64,000 nt of DNA from positions 4,024 through 68,023 of the forward strand of contig JBHPGP010000002.1 in the NCBI GenBank assembly GCA_042570305.1. Direction: 5' to 3'. Every line of letters begins with the position of its first letter. The first letter of the stretch is position 1. Of the stretch, positions 63,183 to 64,000 are shown one piece after another. A program made the position numbers and the translations under genes. The notes under the pieces were generated by a model. The model was not told the origin of the DNA. It saw nothing but the letters and a program-made list of their open reading frames with translations, and did not search any database. The DNA is from Candidatus Omnitrophota bacterium. GTDB taxonomy: Bacteria > Omnitrophota > Gorgyraeia > Gygaellales > JAHJCI01.

Positions 63183-64000
63183 ATGAAAGACAAATATCTC
63201 AAATTGGGTGAGATTTTATTGCAGGAAGGCGTCATTACGCAGGTTCAGCTTGAAAAGGCAATTGCTGTCCAGAGAAAGGAAGGCGGGCGTTTAGGTGAGG
63301 TATTGCTTAAATTGAAGATAATCAGCGAAGAGCAGCTGGTGATTGCAATTGGCAAACAATTGGGCATTCCCTATTTTTCGATTGGCACGGGCATGCTCAA
63401 GCCTGCGACAGACCAAAACCTGGAGGAATTAATCCCGGTTGATGTGGCAAAGAAAAACCTGGTTTTACCTTTATCGCGGACATTAAATTCATTAACCGTA
63501 GCGATGACCGATCCGCTAGACCTCATTTTAATGGATAACCTGAAGAAGCTTACCGGTTGTAACGTTAATCCGGTTATTTCCACGAGATCAAATATCGCCA
63601 AGGCAATCGAGCAGTATTACGGGAAATCCAGCTTTTTTAAAAAAGCCGTCGAAGATACATACGACACCGAAGAGCCACAGGTTGTTACCTCAGTAGAAGG
63701 GGATAAGGTCAGCGAAGAGGAATTAAGCCTGGATAAACTCATTGCCCGCGCGGAAGAAGCCCCCTTAGTAAAATTAGTTGACCTGATTATCCGTCAGGCA
63801 ATTGATGAGCGCGCTTCCGACATTCATCTGGAGCCGTTTAAAGAAAAGCTCAGCTTGAGGTACCGTATTGACGGAAGGCTTTATGAAATACCTCCCCCGG
63901 CCCAGCACCTGCATCTTCCGATAGTCTCCAGGATCAAGATACTCTCCAAGCTGGATATAGCGGAAAAGCGGCTGCCTCAGGACGGGACATTCACTGTGAA
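63183..64000 (+). CDS. pilB: Type IV pilus / T2SS assembly ATPase (PilB/GspE), 5' partial, continues beyond the window
   Basis: N-terminal T2SSE_N domain (LGEILLQEGVITQVQLEKAI..QRKEGGRLGEVLL). Start of the ATPase core with ...DIAEKRLPQDG at the window edge. Confidence 0.8.
   Translation, partial: MKDKYLKLGEILLQEGVITQVQLEKAIAVQRKEGGRLGEVLLKLKIISEEQLVIAIGKQLGIPYFSIGTGMLKPATDQNLEELIPVDVAKKNLVLPLSRTLNSLTVAMTDPLDLILMDNLKKLTGCNVNPVISTRSNIAKAIEQYYGKSSFFKKAVEDTYDTEEPQVVTSVEGDKVSEEELSLDKLIARAEEAPLVKLVDLIIRQAIDERASDIHLEPFKEKLSLRYRIDGRLYEIPPPAQHLHLPIVSRIKILSKLDIAEKRLPQDGTFTV

Overview
The window comes from an AT-rich bacterial chromosome (apparent sigma70-type -10 boxes of the form gTATAAT). It contains about 55 coding genes, 3 tRNAs and a tmRNA, almost all on the + strand.

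Housekeeping block (1-9000): AEC-family transporter, smpB + tmRNA (ssrA), murI, a complete preQ0/preQ1 queuosine-precursor operon (queD-queC-queE-queF), a two-subunit class-I fumarate/tartrate hydro-lyase, rph-rdgB, a GAF-GGDEF protein, tRNA-Pro and tRNA-Arg.

The rest of the window is accessory-looking.
- (i) tRNA-His is followed by nested inverted repeats and a single 8.8-kb gene for a ~2929-aa cyclic beta-1,2-glucan synthase (Cgs/NdvB/ChvB-like: GT84 domain plus GH94 domain). The gene is visibly more GC-rich than its surroundings, so it is probably a horizontally acquired island.
- (ii) A region rich in c-di-GMP signalling and radical SAM genes: two B12-binding radical SAM paralogs, a hypothetical + degenerate HD-GYP operon sharing a duplicated promoter/leader module with the radical SAM gene, and a PAS-GGDEF-HD-GYP protein preceded by a promoter with two tandem intrinsic terminators.
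- (iii) A glycosylation cluster: a GT2-methyltransferase fusion and two GT-C-like membrane proteins, one with TPR repeats.
- (iv) hflK-hflC, hppA, and an orphan hydrogenase-maturation-type protease.
- (v) An IS200-like (RAYT) transposase flanked by inverted GGGACACCC REP elements.
- (vi) A three-gene operon, ECF sigma / zf-HC2 anti-sigma / membrane CHAT(caspase-like)-TPR protease, bracketed by REP elements. It is architecturally analogous to the RpoE-Csx30/31-TPR-CHAT (Craspase) output module of type III-E CRISPR systems, but no CRISPR is present. This is my top candidate for an undescribed signalling system.
- (vii) Downstream, tandem secreted paralogs with a conserved N-terminal domain (dockerin/EF-hand-like Ca-loop) and divergent cysteine-rich C-termini, a secreted HExxH peptidase-like protein and a BNR/Asp-box propeller protein.
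- (viii) A T4P/T2SS-like cluster: pseudopilin-like gene, wHTH, a perfectly tandem-duplicated HTH gene, pilM/N fusion, pilO, pilP, secretin, and a partial pilB/gspE.

Two short genes missed by the ORF track (a PLDc_N-type small membrane protein and a zinc-ribbon protein) are also called. No CRISPR array, rRNA or prophage was seen.
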